Positions 38,757 through 50,700 of a stretch of DNA of 64,000 nt are shown in pieces. Under the pieces are notes generated by a model. The model was not told the origin of the DNA and searched no databases. It worked only from the letters and a program-made list of their open reading frames with translations. Made by a program: the position numbers and the translations under genes. The first letter of the stretch is position 1. Each line of letters opens with the position of its first letter. This stretch comes from Octopus sinensis (Eukaryota), in NCBI RefSeq assembly GCF_006345805.1, contig NC_043004.1:34410001-34474000 (forward strand). The letters are read 5' to 3'.

Positions 38757-39700
38757 ATGACCTAAACATGTTTCGACTGCATTGACTACTCACAGCTGTA
38801 GATGCAACCTTGCATTACTATCAGTGCAGCTTCATCAGGGTTCATCCATTTGGTCATCCATGCAGTGAACTGAGTGAAGTAAATTTTTGTTAGTATTCTG
38901 CAGGAGGTGGAAGGGTGCTATTTATAGGCTTGTGTTGTTGACCTCAAGTTCACACCAGTTGCTGTCCAAAGTGAGGGCAAGGTATAAAATAGGTCATGGC
39001 TGAGAGTAGTGTTCTTACAAGCTTCTTGTTCCTTTTAATGGTTGTGTGTGTTTAATTTTGAGTTTGAGTATAGTGTTTGTAGCGAAGAGATCTTTTTTAT
39101 TTATATATTCATTTTTTTTTTAGCTGAGCTGCTCATGATTTGTGTTATATTTTAGTTGGATGGACTATTTATTAGGTTATTAATGAGGGTTATTACATCT
39201 TTTTAATGTTTAGGTTATGTTATTCTATCCATTATATCAAGTTCAATTGTTGTTTGATCACTTGCTATCTAGAATTATCTTTATATCTTTTAAGTCTTAC
39301 CGTGTTTGCACAAACATCGTATGGCTTGTTCATCTCTTGTATTAATGCATTTTGTGATGTAAATATTTGGTAGTTCCTCTACACACAAGTCACATCTATT
39401 TTCCCCTACCCAAGAAGACTCAGCAATGTTATTTTTTTCCAATTCAATAGAATAGTAATTGTTTTTGTCTTTAATTGACAAATTAATTGACTTAGGCTTG
39501 TATTGTTTAGCTTTTTTTTTCCTATCTTTAAAAAAATTTAAATGATTAGTTAGTCTCTTTTTGAAAGAACAAGAGCTGGACCCTATATAACAATATTCTC
39601 TTCCCTCTGAAGTAATTTTGCATCTATAGACACGGTTTCTAGCAAGACATCTGAGTCCAATGGGCATACTATATTTCTGACACAGTTGCATAAACCTGTT
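38757..39700 (-). mobile_element. Penelope-like element remnant: GIY-YIG endonuclease plus 3' region with hammerhead motif
   Basis: ORF 39290-39691: CLARNRVYRCKI..YIGSSSCSFKKRLTNH..CDLC..NTRDE..CKH (PLE GIY-YIG pattern); downstream CTGATGA...GAAAC-ATGT motif at 38757-38845. Confidence 0.8.
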
Positions 39701-39794
39701 TCCATATTTCTATTATTTATTGTGCTATTGACTCCACTAGAATTCTCTCCTGAGAACAGGAGAAACTTTTAGTGGAGTCAATAACATAGCCCCA

Positions 39795-40240
39795 GCATGG
39801 ATGCTTTTTACATGGCATCAGCACCTCTTGATGCAGCTGTCTTCATTCATATGAATTACATGGCCATACCAGCACAATCTACACTACATCTGATACTGCA
39901 TATACCATTTTTCTCTCAAATCATTTACACTCTCTTGTATATACACACTGACATTACCCATCCAGTAAAGCATACTGACTTCATTTCTTTCAAGTCTGCA
40001 CACACACTCTCAGTAGTCACAGACCATGTCTCACTGCCAGGTAGCATAGCTGCTCATACACAGGCATCGTACAATCTGCCTTTCACTCCGAAGGAGAGGC
40101 TCTTCACTACTAACAAGGGTAGTAACTCTCTCAATGACACCCAGCCTAATCCTTTTGTAGCAGCTGTGCTTTTGGAACAACCACCCCCACTACTGACTCA
40201 ATCGCCTAAGTAATGGAAACTATCTACTGTTTCTAGGGAT
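39795..40240 (-). mobile_element. RTE LINE C-terminal fragment
   Basis: Minus-strand remnants of DSFHYLGD, KGRLYDACV, GSETWSV and RLVWY motifs. Confidence 0.75.
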
Positions 40241-40394
40241 CCTCCTTAACATATGAGGGAGTCTATTTTTTGTACATTCCTGGTGTTTAATGTACCTGCA
40301 CATCTGCCACGTGTAAAGACTACCTTCTCCTTTAGTCATCCAGTGACACAGCTGCACCTCTTATGTGTCTATAGCTTGCACTGGGTACAATATA

Positions 40395-40428
<34 letters not shown>

Positions 40429-40884
40429 CATATTACGGAGATGTACTTGCATAGTGAGTGACTTATATATTTATATATATATATATATATATATATAAAT
40501 GTATATATATGTATGTATACATTACAGTATCAAGTCACCTGTGTTAAGAGGTCGTTGTCGAACCCACAAGAGTAAACAAGAGAGACAGAGACAGGCAGAA
40601 ACAAGGAAAATGCCCCTTGTATTTGAATACTATGCAAATGTTCTTTTAAAACACTTTTTTCTTTTAATTTTTCCAAAATTGTTTTCCATACTTACAGTTG
40701 AAAAAGTCTCAATAACTGGAACCAGTACTGAAATGTTTTTTATAAAATTGTTTTAGCATTTTCTACCTTGACATTTTTTCCATATATACACATATATGAA
40801 TATACATATATGTATATAATAATGCAAATGGACTGTGGTTCACTACAGCTGTCACAGACTTTGCCTCAGTGTCTGAATGCCTTA

Positions 40885-41100
40885 AAACAATGAGCTGGCA
40901 GAATCGTTAGCACACCGAGTGAAATGCTTAGTGATATTTCATCCGTCTTTACATTCTGAGTTCAAATTCTGCAGAGGTCGACTTTGCCTTTCATCTTTCC
41001 AGGGTCGATAAATTATGTACCAGTTGTGTACTGGAGTCGATCTAATTGACTGGCCCCTTCCCACCAAATTTCAGGCCTTGTGCCTAGAGTAGAAAGGATT
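40885..41100 (+). mobile_element. Third-family tRNA-derived SINE
   Basis: Matches 12173-12350. Confidence 0.85.
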
Positions 41101-41549
41101 ATCGAAATGCCTTGATTCTATTTGATCCTGCAAATAATTAATTTGGCTTAGGGTAATTAATTTGTGTTGAGAGAAGACAGTAGCAAGAAATAATTCCTAG
41201 TAAGAATTAATGACAGCAGACTGCACAGTGTTGGGCTGCACACGTGACTTGATACTGTACTGAGTGGAGTGTAATGTGCTGTCCTACAAGAGATCCTACA
41301 AAAGTCCCTGCAAGTGTTCATATGCAAATATGAATTGGTTGTTGTGATGATAGAATAGTGATGATGCTAATGGTGGCAGTTATGATTGCATGTTGTAACC
41401 TTTCTAAATGGTAACCACTTGACCTTGATATTAGCAAGCTGTCACCTTGTGGATCGAGAGAAGCCAGTGAATTAATATGCATTATCTAGGATCACAATTT
41501 TATTGCAGCAATAGGGTTTGATCTCTTTACTTTTGGATGGATACTTTAG

Positions 41550-41580
41550 AAACCAGTCAACACATTTCTATGCATGAATG
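41550..41580 (+). CDS. Candidate micro-exon (KPVNTFLCMN-G)
   Basis: ctttag acceptor and ATG|GTAAGT donor; open and phase-compatible with 34433-34458. Confidence 0.25.
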
Positions 41581-41878
41581 GTAAGTGAATATAAAAAATA
41601 AATACAAGTTTAATATGATATTTAACTGCCAATAGACTAGTATTGTGTTCATATTATGCTAGTTTCTCCTCTTTTTAACATGATCAATAATGCAAATAAC
41701 TGCTAAAGCAAGGAAGGTTTTAATGTTTCATGTGGAAAGAATTTGGTATCAGAATCATAAATTTCCTAACTGCTCATCGATTTACTGCTAGTTCCACATA
41801 CATCGCTATTAGGTCACCTCTTCTGTTGCCGCTATTGCTTATTGTATAACAAAAGAAAGCAAAGAAGTTTACTTGGCC

Positions 41879-41943
<65 letters not shown>

Positions 41944-43339
41944 AGAGGGACAGTTGTGGTGTGTTATATATTTAGAGTAAAGTGCATTTTGAAAATGAGT
42001 AATTGTCTGCTAACCTGTATGGGTTCTGTGTGGGACCTTTACAGAATAGAAAGGAATATGTGAGAATTTAAGGTAATGCTGGTTGGCTGTAAAACAGAAC
42101 CAGCAACCCAGCAGGCAAAATCAAATCAGTATCATTCTATATTTGAGTAACATTATTCTGTGTCTCATTTCACCTGGGAATAGGTGACAGATCTTCTGAC
42201 AAATGACTATAAGGTGGTTTATGGATGTGATTTATTTCCCATCCATGCAATGTCATGAAGCATGTGCTAAGTTTGGGGAAAATTCTTTGTTCCCTTTTAA
42301 CAATGTATTTTGTAACAACGAAGTTTTTTGTACCAAATTACAACTAAATTACATAGATGTTCCCTCGTCACTTTCACCATCCGAAGTGTAGTAAACATGG
42401 AATTCCGATGCTGGAAACCTGTGACCTGCAGTATCATTTTTCACAAATTCTGATACAAAGAATAAAGGATTTGTCCTTAAAGTCTTTTTGGAGCTGTCAG
42501 AGGCAATTCCACAATTCCATATTCTTTTGCACATTTATGGAACACATGGGCAAAAAAGAAAAAGAGAGTGAATAATATTTTGGAATGTTTGCTAATGAAT
42601 AATGAGTTTAGATCCATTAGCATTCTTCTGATTAGAACACTTATTCTACATTACCAGAAATAGGTACTTGATCATCTTGGAATGTTCTGTTGGAGTAGAA
42701 TCAACCAATTATCTCTTTCTACTGTGTCATTGGGTCTTGACCTTGTTCTTGCTTATGGTATTATAGTTTGTTTACCAAACCTATTTAAAACTCATCATGC
42801 ACATTGATGGAGCATTAGACAAACATTATTCTCAACTCTAAGAGATTGCCATTCTTGGATAAAGAGTGTAGCTATGGACTAAAGATTCTCAATTCTTTCG
42901 GTTATAGTGCAGTGTCCATAATGTAAAATAATAGTTTCATGACTCTTTAACCAATTAGCTGACATGTTGGAATTTAACGAACTCCAAAGAATGGTGAACT
43001 AACAATTTACTACCACAGTGTTTTGATTGGCTATCAATAATTACCAAGTATTGATTTTCTTTCTGTTTTATCCTTGTGCACGAGAGCTTTTACAATGGCA
43101 AATGAGTAACACTATTACCAAATTCCTATTATCGTTATTTTTATTGTTCAGAAGGCCTCAACTTCACTTTAAAGACACACTGAAGTGAAAATTTGATGAG
43201 GAAGAATTTTGGAACTAAGACAGAGACAGCAATCTTTAAACAGGATGGCTTGGAGGATATACTGCCGCTTGATAACTAATTCTTAGTAACAGGTAAAGTA
43301 AGTTTACAACAAATAGTTGACTGCTGCTGCTGCTGCTGT

Positions 43340-43375
<36 letters not shown>

Positions 43376-43980
43376 AACTACTACTACTACTAATACTACT
43401 ACTACTATTACTACTACTACTATTACAACTACTACTACGACTGGGAGTTGTGGTATTGGTATAAGAATAAACCTTTGATCCATATATTTTAAAATGCATC
43501 ATTTTGTACCTTTCCAAACTGAATTTTCGAGAAACATGTTTCAGTTTATCGTCCAGCGAAGTGTCTGAGCAGCAACACAAACATTGGTTACCCCACTGCA
43601 GTCAGAAAGAAGAGCAAAATCCCCTTCATAAGACATCTCTTTTCTATCTTTTAATTAACAAACAAAAACCTTCCATTGTTGTCACAGTATGACAGCATCT
43701 TTTAACTTCTATTTATCCTTTTATTGTTTTGGTTATTAAACTGTGGCCATGCTGGAGCACAGCTTTCAAGGATTTTAGTCAAACAAATCAACCCCACTAC
43801 TTATTTCTTTTTCAAATCATGGTTGTCAAGTGGGGGGTGGGGAGGAAACAAATGCAGAAAAATGTACACAGAAATATATACATACATACATATATAAATA
43901 TATATATATAAAAAATTACTTGGAAATGGGATGTGTGGCATTCAATCAAATAGTAATATAAATAATATATACATATATAT

Positions 43981-44258
43981 AGGCACAGGTGTTGCTGTGT
44001 GGTAAGTAGCTTGCTTACAAACCACATGGTCCCAGGTACAGTCCCACAGCGTGGCACCTTGGGCAAGTGTCTTCTACTATAACCTCTGACCAACCAATGT
44101 TGGTGTGTTTACATCCCTGTAACTTAGCGGTTAGACAATAGCGACCGCTAGAATAAGTACTAGGCTTACAAAGAATAAGTCTAAGGGTTGATTTGTTTGA
44201 CTAAAGGTGATATTCCAGCATGGCCGCAGTCAAATGAGCGAAACAAAATAAAAGAATA
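43981..44258 (+). mobile_element. CORE-like SINE with internal deletion
   Basis: Head and CORE joined directly to the tail, lacking the microsatellite section. Confidence 0.8.
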
Positions 44259-44324
44259 TATATATATATGCATGTATGTATACTATTTATATCATATATA
44301 TATATATATACACACATTAGGATT

Positions 44325-44480
44325 CATTGAGTTTGCATTTACCAAATCTCCCGATAAAGGCTGTGGTTGGCCTGAGGTTAGAGTAGAAGACACTTGCCCA
44401 AGGTGCCATGCAGTAGGACTGAACCCAGAACCATGTGGTTGGGAAGCAAACTTCTTACCACACAGCCACGCCTGCACCTA
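44325..44480 (-). mobile_element. CORE-like SINE head
   Basis: agaagacacttgcccaaggtgccatgcagtaggactgaacccag. Confidence 0.8.
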
Positions 44481-45504
44481 TATTAGTGTTATATTTATTT
44501 TGTTTTCATACTCTTTTAGAAACACTTTTGTATTGTTTGTGATGAGAAAAGAATGACTAACACCACTTCTCTTAGAATCTCTGGAAAAATCTGAGATTTC
44601 ATTCTTTCTGATTTTATTTTGCTTGTGATATGATCGAAGCAGTTGTGGTCGTTATAGTTGTGATAAACATCCTCCGTAAGATTCTGAGAGCATAATGCAC
44701 ACACGTGCACACACACACACACACACAAGAAAGAAAGCTATCCATGACAAACCGTGAGGTGATAACTCATAGACTAAACATTCTAAAATATGATTTTCTA
44801 TTCGATCAACCAAACCATATCTTTCTATCCACACTGTTTACAATAGAATTTCTCACAGAATCCAACAGCATCTCTTTCATAATCTAGTCTGTAACATTAT
44901 GATTCCTCATCACTAAAATATAGATCGGTGAGATGAGGTTCACAGATATTATTAGATTCCAAAATCTGTCAATGCTAATTATTTTGCCATCACATGATGT
45001 TTTTTTTTTAGTTTTGTTGCCCATTGAAAGAGATAAATTAAAAAGTAAAATAATAAAACAACCATTTGTTCATCATATGGAAGCTGTCATGGACAGTTAT
45101 AGTAAAGAAATAAATAAAGAGGAAAAATTATTTAGATGATTGATAAATTGCAGTTCCAAATTGCCACAGATATTAACTGTATACATTAAAATATAGCGTG
45201 GTTGCTTAACAGATGTCTTCATAGTCATCAGTTCATATTTTTTTTGTTGCAGCTAAGATGCCCTACCATGGCTACTACCACCACCACTTCTATGACATAG
45301 CACTTCACTGCTGCTTCAGTTTCTTTTCATTGAAATTTGGTGCCATTTCTACCTTGGGGATAAATGGTTTGTTAGAAAGAAGAGACTTCTGTTCAAAAGA
45401 GTCAATGACTTTAAGAATATTCAGTGTTCAGATAATAAAAAAAAACAAGCAAAAAACAGAAATAAAATTTAAAAAAAGATAACCATAAGTGGCACATAAG
45501 AGAA

Positions 45505-45745
45505 CCATCCACTCGTGGCCGTTTGCCAGCCCCATCTGGCACCTGTGCCGGTGGCACGTAAAAAGCACCCACTACAATCATGGAGTGGTTGGCGTTAGGA
45601 AGGGCATCCAGCCGTAGAAACATTGCCAGATCAGACTGGGCCTGGTGCAGCCTTCTGGTTTCCCAGACCCCAGCTGCACCGTCCAACCCATGCCAGCATG
45701 GAAAGCAGATGCTAAACGATGATGATGATGATGATGATGATGAAT
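45505..45745 (+). mobile_element. RTE-type 3' tail repeat ending in (GAT)n
   Basis: ggtggcacgtaaaaagcaccc...ggaagggcatccagccgtagaaac...ccatgccagcatggaaagc. Confidence 0.75.
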
Positions 45746-46364
45746 AATGTAATGAAGAAATGTATGCCAAAATGGAAGGAACACAAAGAAGAATATTTTC
45801 CATTATATAATTCTTGTTCATATTAAATATCTTAAGTATAAACAAAGAATATAAAATGTTTTAAGCAGAAAAAACATGCATCCATTTGAAAGTATTTCAC
45901 GGTTTGTAATGAGTTAATTTGTGAATTCCTCTCAGGTTCTTTTGTTATTGGCATTATTGTTCGTTTAAACCACTTTATGGACAACATTTCAAAGTAATTT
46001 TCAATGTTAGCCGAGAAATAATTATTAACATTACTTTATCAGTTTCTTTCATTTCATTTCACCAAACCAACTCCCCATGCAGAGTTGGTGTAGTCACAAG
46101 ATGTCCATAGCTAAATGAATATTTATTTTCCTAGCAAGGGTTTGCCGTTAGTAACTGTAATTAAATAAACTAATGCCATTAACTATGACTAAAATTAAAA
46201 ACATATAATTTATAATTATATCTAAATTGTCAACATTCTCACACTAAAAGAATTTGGTGGCCAACCATTTAACTTTAATATTAATTTACCCAACATCTTA
46301 GTTGCAGTTTCATCCCCTTCATTTTCACGCATGGCCTACTATTCTTGTTTACCTTTTTAATTAC

Positions 46365-46593
46365 TCTTTACTCTTTAGTCTTTTATTTGTTTCAGTCATA
46401 TGACTGCAGCCATGCTGGAGCACCGCCTTTAGTTGAGCAAATCAACCCCAGGACTTATTCTTTATAAGCATTATAAGTACTTATTCTTTTGGTCTCTTTT
46501 GCTGAACTGCTAAGTTACGGGGACGTAAACACACCAGCATCGGTTGTCAAGTGATGTTGCGGGGACAAACACAGACACACAAACACACACATA

Positions 46594-46635
<42 letters not shown>

Positions 46636-46795
46636 CGATGGGCTTCTTTCAGTTTCTGCCTACCAAATCCACTCACAAGGCTTTGGCCAGCCCGAGGCTA
46701 TATAGTAGAAGACACCTGCCCACAGTGCCATGCAGTGGGACTGAACCCGGAACCATGTGGTTAGTAAGCAAGCTACTTACCACACAGCCACTCCT
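46365..46795 (-). mobile_element. Full-length CORE-like SINE
   Basis: Close match to 16302-16729. Confidence 0.9.
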
Positions 46796-46934
46796 AGTTT
46801 CATATTTCAGATAAAACAAAATGTGAAAACCTCATTCATGCCTTTTCCATAGGATTTGGTTACATAAGCAAAATAAATTTAATTTAATTAAGGAATACTA
46901 TATTCCTGCTTACTCTTCATTTCCTATCATAAAG

Positions 46935-47185
46935 TTGCCCTCTGAGGGGTTTGTAGCCTTACAAGCTGCATGGCGACCTCACTAGTGGTGATTGAATGAT
47001 AAAACAACCCAGGACAGGCTCTAAAGTGGTTGATATTAAGAAGGATATCCAGCCATACAAACCACGCTAAATCAGACACTGGGGTATGATGTAGTCCTTG
47101 GGTTGGGTTCATAATTTCCTGTCAAACCTTTTAACCCATGCCAGCATGGAAACTAGAAGTAAAAATGATGAAGAAGATGATGAGG
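46935..47185 (+). mobile_element. RTE-type 3' tail repeat
   Basis: ggcgacctcactagtgg...aacccatgccagcatggaaac then gat/gaa repeats. Confidence 0.6.
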
Positions 47186-47416
47186 ATGAATGAAATAACT
47201 TCACACTCTCTGCTTTCTGTTACTCAACAGCTCTGTATGACTCTGCTGCTAGACATTGTTGATTTAATGGACTGACATACTGTTAAATAGGAAATAAATA
47301 AGGACATGTGGTCAAGTCAAGAAATTTACTTCACAACCATGTGGTTGCAGGTTCAATCTCATCTTGGGAAAGTATCTTCAACCATAGACTTGATTTGACC
47401 AAGTAAACGTGTGTGT

Positions 47417-47493
<77 letters not shown>

Positions 47494-48060
47494 TGTGTAT
47501 CTTATAATCATTGCTGAGAAAATGGGAAAAAAGCTGATTCTTTACAGCCCAGTCTTGCATTGAGTTAGACACTACACTCCTTTGTCACTCTCAATATCAA
47601 AATAGTTTTGCTTTTCTCTAAGGTTGATAAGGGCTGCACATGATCAACCCTGTAAATATTGATATTCATCCACGAAGGAATGAATTGAGATTTGACTGGT
47701 AAAAGAACATTAATCATCAGCTAACATCACCTTATAATATTTTTTCTTTACAAAAGACAAAAGACATTACCACCAAAAAAAAAACGAACATCTTCCTTGA
47801 CAAATTGAATTGCTTATTTGTAGTTATCACTCTTGCTTGTTATTTTTAGATTTTTTAAACACTCCACTGGGAGATTTTTGTAACACATTGTGTAGATAAT
47901 CTCATTTCATTTATTTAACTACCTTACAAAGGTGAGACCCAATTATATGTAAGATATTTAGTACACAGAACAATCTTCTGCCCTGTTGTTGTTGATATTC
48001 ACACTCAACATCTCTCTCTCTCTCAGTCCATCTCTCCCCCTCTCTCTCCCCTCTCTCTCT

Positions 48061-48100
<40 letters not shown>

Positions 48101-48599
48101 AGTGAGTGTATTGATCACTTCCAAGTGTTACCTACTGAGATGTGTTTTACTGATGAGATCCATTTAGATCAAAAACGTGTTTTCACTCTTTGCTTAATGA
48201 AGATAAGATCTGCTCACATCTGCATTGTTCTTATTTTCAAAAATTTCATTTACCTGAGGTCATTCGTGTTATACCCTGTTTGTTGCTTTTTTATATGTTA
48301 AACATCCCTATAGAGAGTTTTGCCAAATAATAGTCTAGATAACAGTAAGTTTATCATCTCACTATACGACATATGTGGATCTCTATCAAAAGTGTATTTA
48401 GTATACAGATTACTTCTCCAAAGCACTTTTGGTTAATCATAGTGTTGTGTATATATTTTGTCACAAATTTTTTCTTCTTTGTACTTCAGAACCATTGACG
48501 ACTCAACACACTGGAATTTTTGTTTAAAAACCTGCCAGCCTTTCAGAACAGAATCTTTAGTAGTTGAATCTCTCAGAGAAAGCCCTCAAATGCAATTCC

Positions 48600-48785
48600 T
48601 GTTTTTTCATATCGTCTTGAGTTAATTCTGCATTATCTTGGAGCTTCAAGGTTTTGATGCTGTGATCGTTTATTTTTAGACTGGCACTTTAGAGTAGGCA
48701 TGAAGGGTTAAATCTAACCAGTTTGAACATAGAACAGGTAGAATATTTACGTTGGATATGGCTGGTTTAAATGCTAAACAGTTCA
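48600..48785. mobile_element. piggyBac-like MITE, reverse copy of the 1911-2119 family
   Basis: ttaattctgcattatcttggagctt...tttatttttag is the reverse complement of the 23370-23430 segment. Confidence 0.55.
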
Positions 48786-49114
48786 TCAAATTCTTGCACT
48801 CTCACTCCAAATAGTCCTCTTGGAAAGTGTGAAAATGACTGAAGGAAAACAAAGGGTAACAGTCTGTCAATTGACTTTAGTTGGAATCTACTTTGGTTTT
48901 TTAAGTTGTACCAATCATTCTATATATCTCAAATTATAAAGCAGTAGGAATTGGTAACTGATTCTGTGAGCTAATTCCTTATGGTAGACTTTTATCCAAC
49001 TAGGGAGAGATTTACCATTAGATACATTTCTGGTCGACTTGTGGCTATGGATGTCATCATGTTTGTTTTGAGTGCAGCCATTGTGAGAGACAGGCCTTGA
49101 TAAGACACTAAATT

Positions 49115-49366
49115 CAGTTCTACATTTAAGAGATGAGGAATTATGTACATTATTTACATTATTTACATTTGACGGATATTTGCCCTCATCTTGTTTGTTG
49201 TTAACAAACACAGAATCAGTTACCAATTCCTACTGCTTTATAATTTGAGATCTATAGAATGATTGGTGCAACTTAAAAAAAAACCAAAGTGGATTCCAAC
49301 TAAAGTTAACAAACAAGATGAGGACAAATATCCGTCAAATGTAAATAATGTAAATAATGTAAATAA
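49115..49366. mobile_element. Inverted pair of hammerhead-element 3' tails enclosing captured flank DNA
   Basis: Arms at 49115-49205(-) and 49305-49366(+) match the 61.6-kb element downstream of its HHR; the spacer 49209-49306 is the reverse complement of 48874-48968. Confidence 0.85.
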
Positions 49367-49404
49367 AGACACTAAGTAATTCTGTTTCTCTACAACTGAT
49401 ATAC

Positions 49405-49640
49405 AGGGCTGGTGCCACATAAAAAGCATCTGTGTTGGTGCCATGTATAATGCACTAGTGTTGGTGCTAGGTAAAAAGCACCTAGTACACTCTGTAAAGT
49501 GGTTGACTTTACGAAGGGCATTGAACCATAGAAACCGCACCAAAACAAATGATTGGAACCTGATACAGTTCTCCATCTTTCCAGCTCCTGTCAAACTGCC
49601 TAACTCATGCCAGCAGGGAAAATGCACGTTAAATCATGAT
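49405..49640 (+). mobile_element. RTE-type 3' tail repeat
   Basis: Tandem ggtgcca..taaaaagca units, then tctgtaaagtggttg...catgccagcagggaaaatgcacgttaaatcatgatg. Confidence 0.6.
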
Positions 49641-50517
49641 GCAGAAGAGGGGGAGGGGGAGGAGAGGGAGGACAATGATGATGACGACGATGACAACAAC
49701 GACATTAGCCAAGACGGTAGCAAGGCATGTACATGGCCTCTCCATTTGTACAATTAAAACACAACAAACTGACAATAAAGATTTTTAGGAAATTTGCTCA
49801 ATCTGAATAACCAAAGAGAAACCATGGCATTCATGGAATTTGAAGCCAAAATAATAATAGAAGAAGAAGAAGAAAAATACATCTCCATTCTGGTCCACAA
49901 GTGTTCTAGAAGCTGCTTTGAACCTCAAGGACATGTTTTTCCTGGCAAATATCGAAGATACCATATACCTTTAGAATAAAAAAAAAATGAAAAAAGAAAT
50001 TCAACAGAGAAGCTAGTTAAAGCCACTGCAAGATTAATAACAGCTGATAATGTGAAAATTCAGGAAAGCAAGCAATGTAGCAACGACTCAATAAATGACA
50101 TTATTTTTAGAATAAATTTACAAACCACATTTTGGAAATTGAATCACTTGAAGAAAAACCCTGAGCCAGAAATAATTAAACTGATCTTTCTCTTGGAATT
50201 GTGTTTTGTGTGTATAAAAAATGAAGAATTTGGATTCTGTTTGCAATCATACAGGATATAAGATTTAGGATATAGTGAATTAGTATCACTAACAATACCA
50301 ACAGCAACAACAACAACACTCTCTGAAACAACATTTGCTGAATGTGAAACATGCTTCAATGGAAAAAAAATGCTGATGTTAGGAAAAAAAAAATATTCTA
50401 ACGATAATAAAAATGTTATTAATATCAGTCACACAACAACATCAAAGGAATATATTTATTATCTGTCATAACTTTAGTCAATGACATGATCGAAACGAAT
50501 GTCTATATTCAAATTAA

Positions 50518-50700
50518 CCCTCTTGTAATGAAATCTCGGTTCATATACATTAAATTTTGTTTCAAATGTATTTGAAAAAAATAATAATTTGTGCTTAAGA
50601 TGGAACAGAAAATTAATGTAAATTTTGATGGAAAGATCATAGATAATTGAAAAGAGGAATTTTTTTTTATATAGGACCAGGTTTAACATTAGGAAAAGGG
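50518..50700. mobile_element. piggyBac-like MITE, degenerate
   Basis: ttaa|ccctctt start, aaaaggg|ttag end, internal similarity to 34145-34359. Confidence 0.45.
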
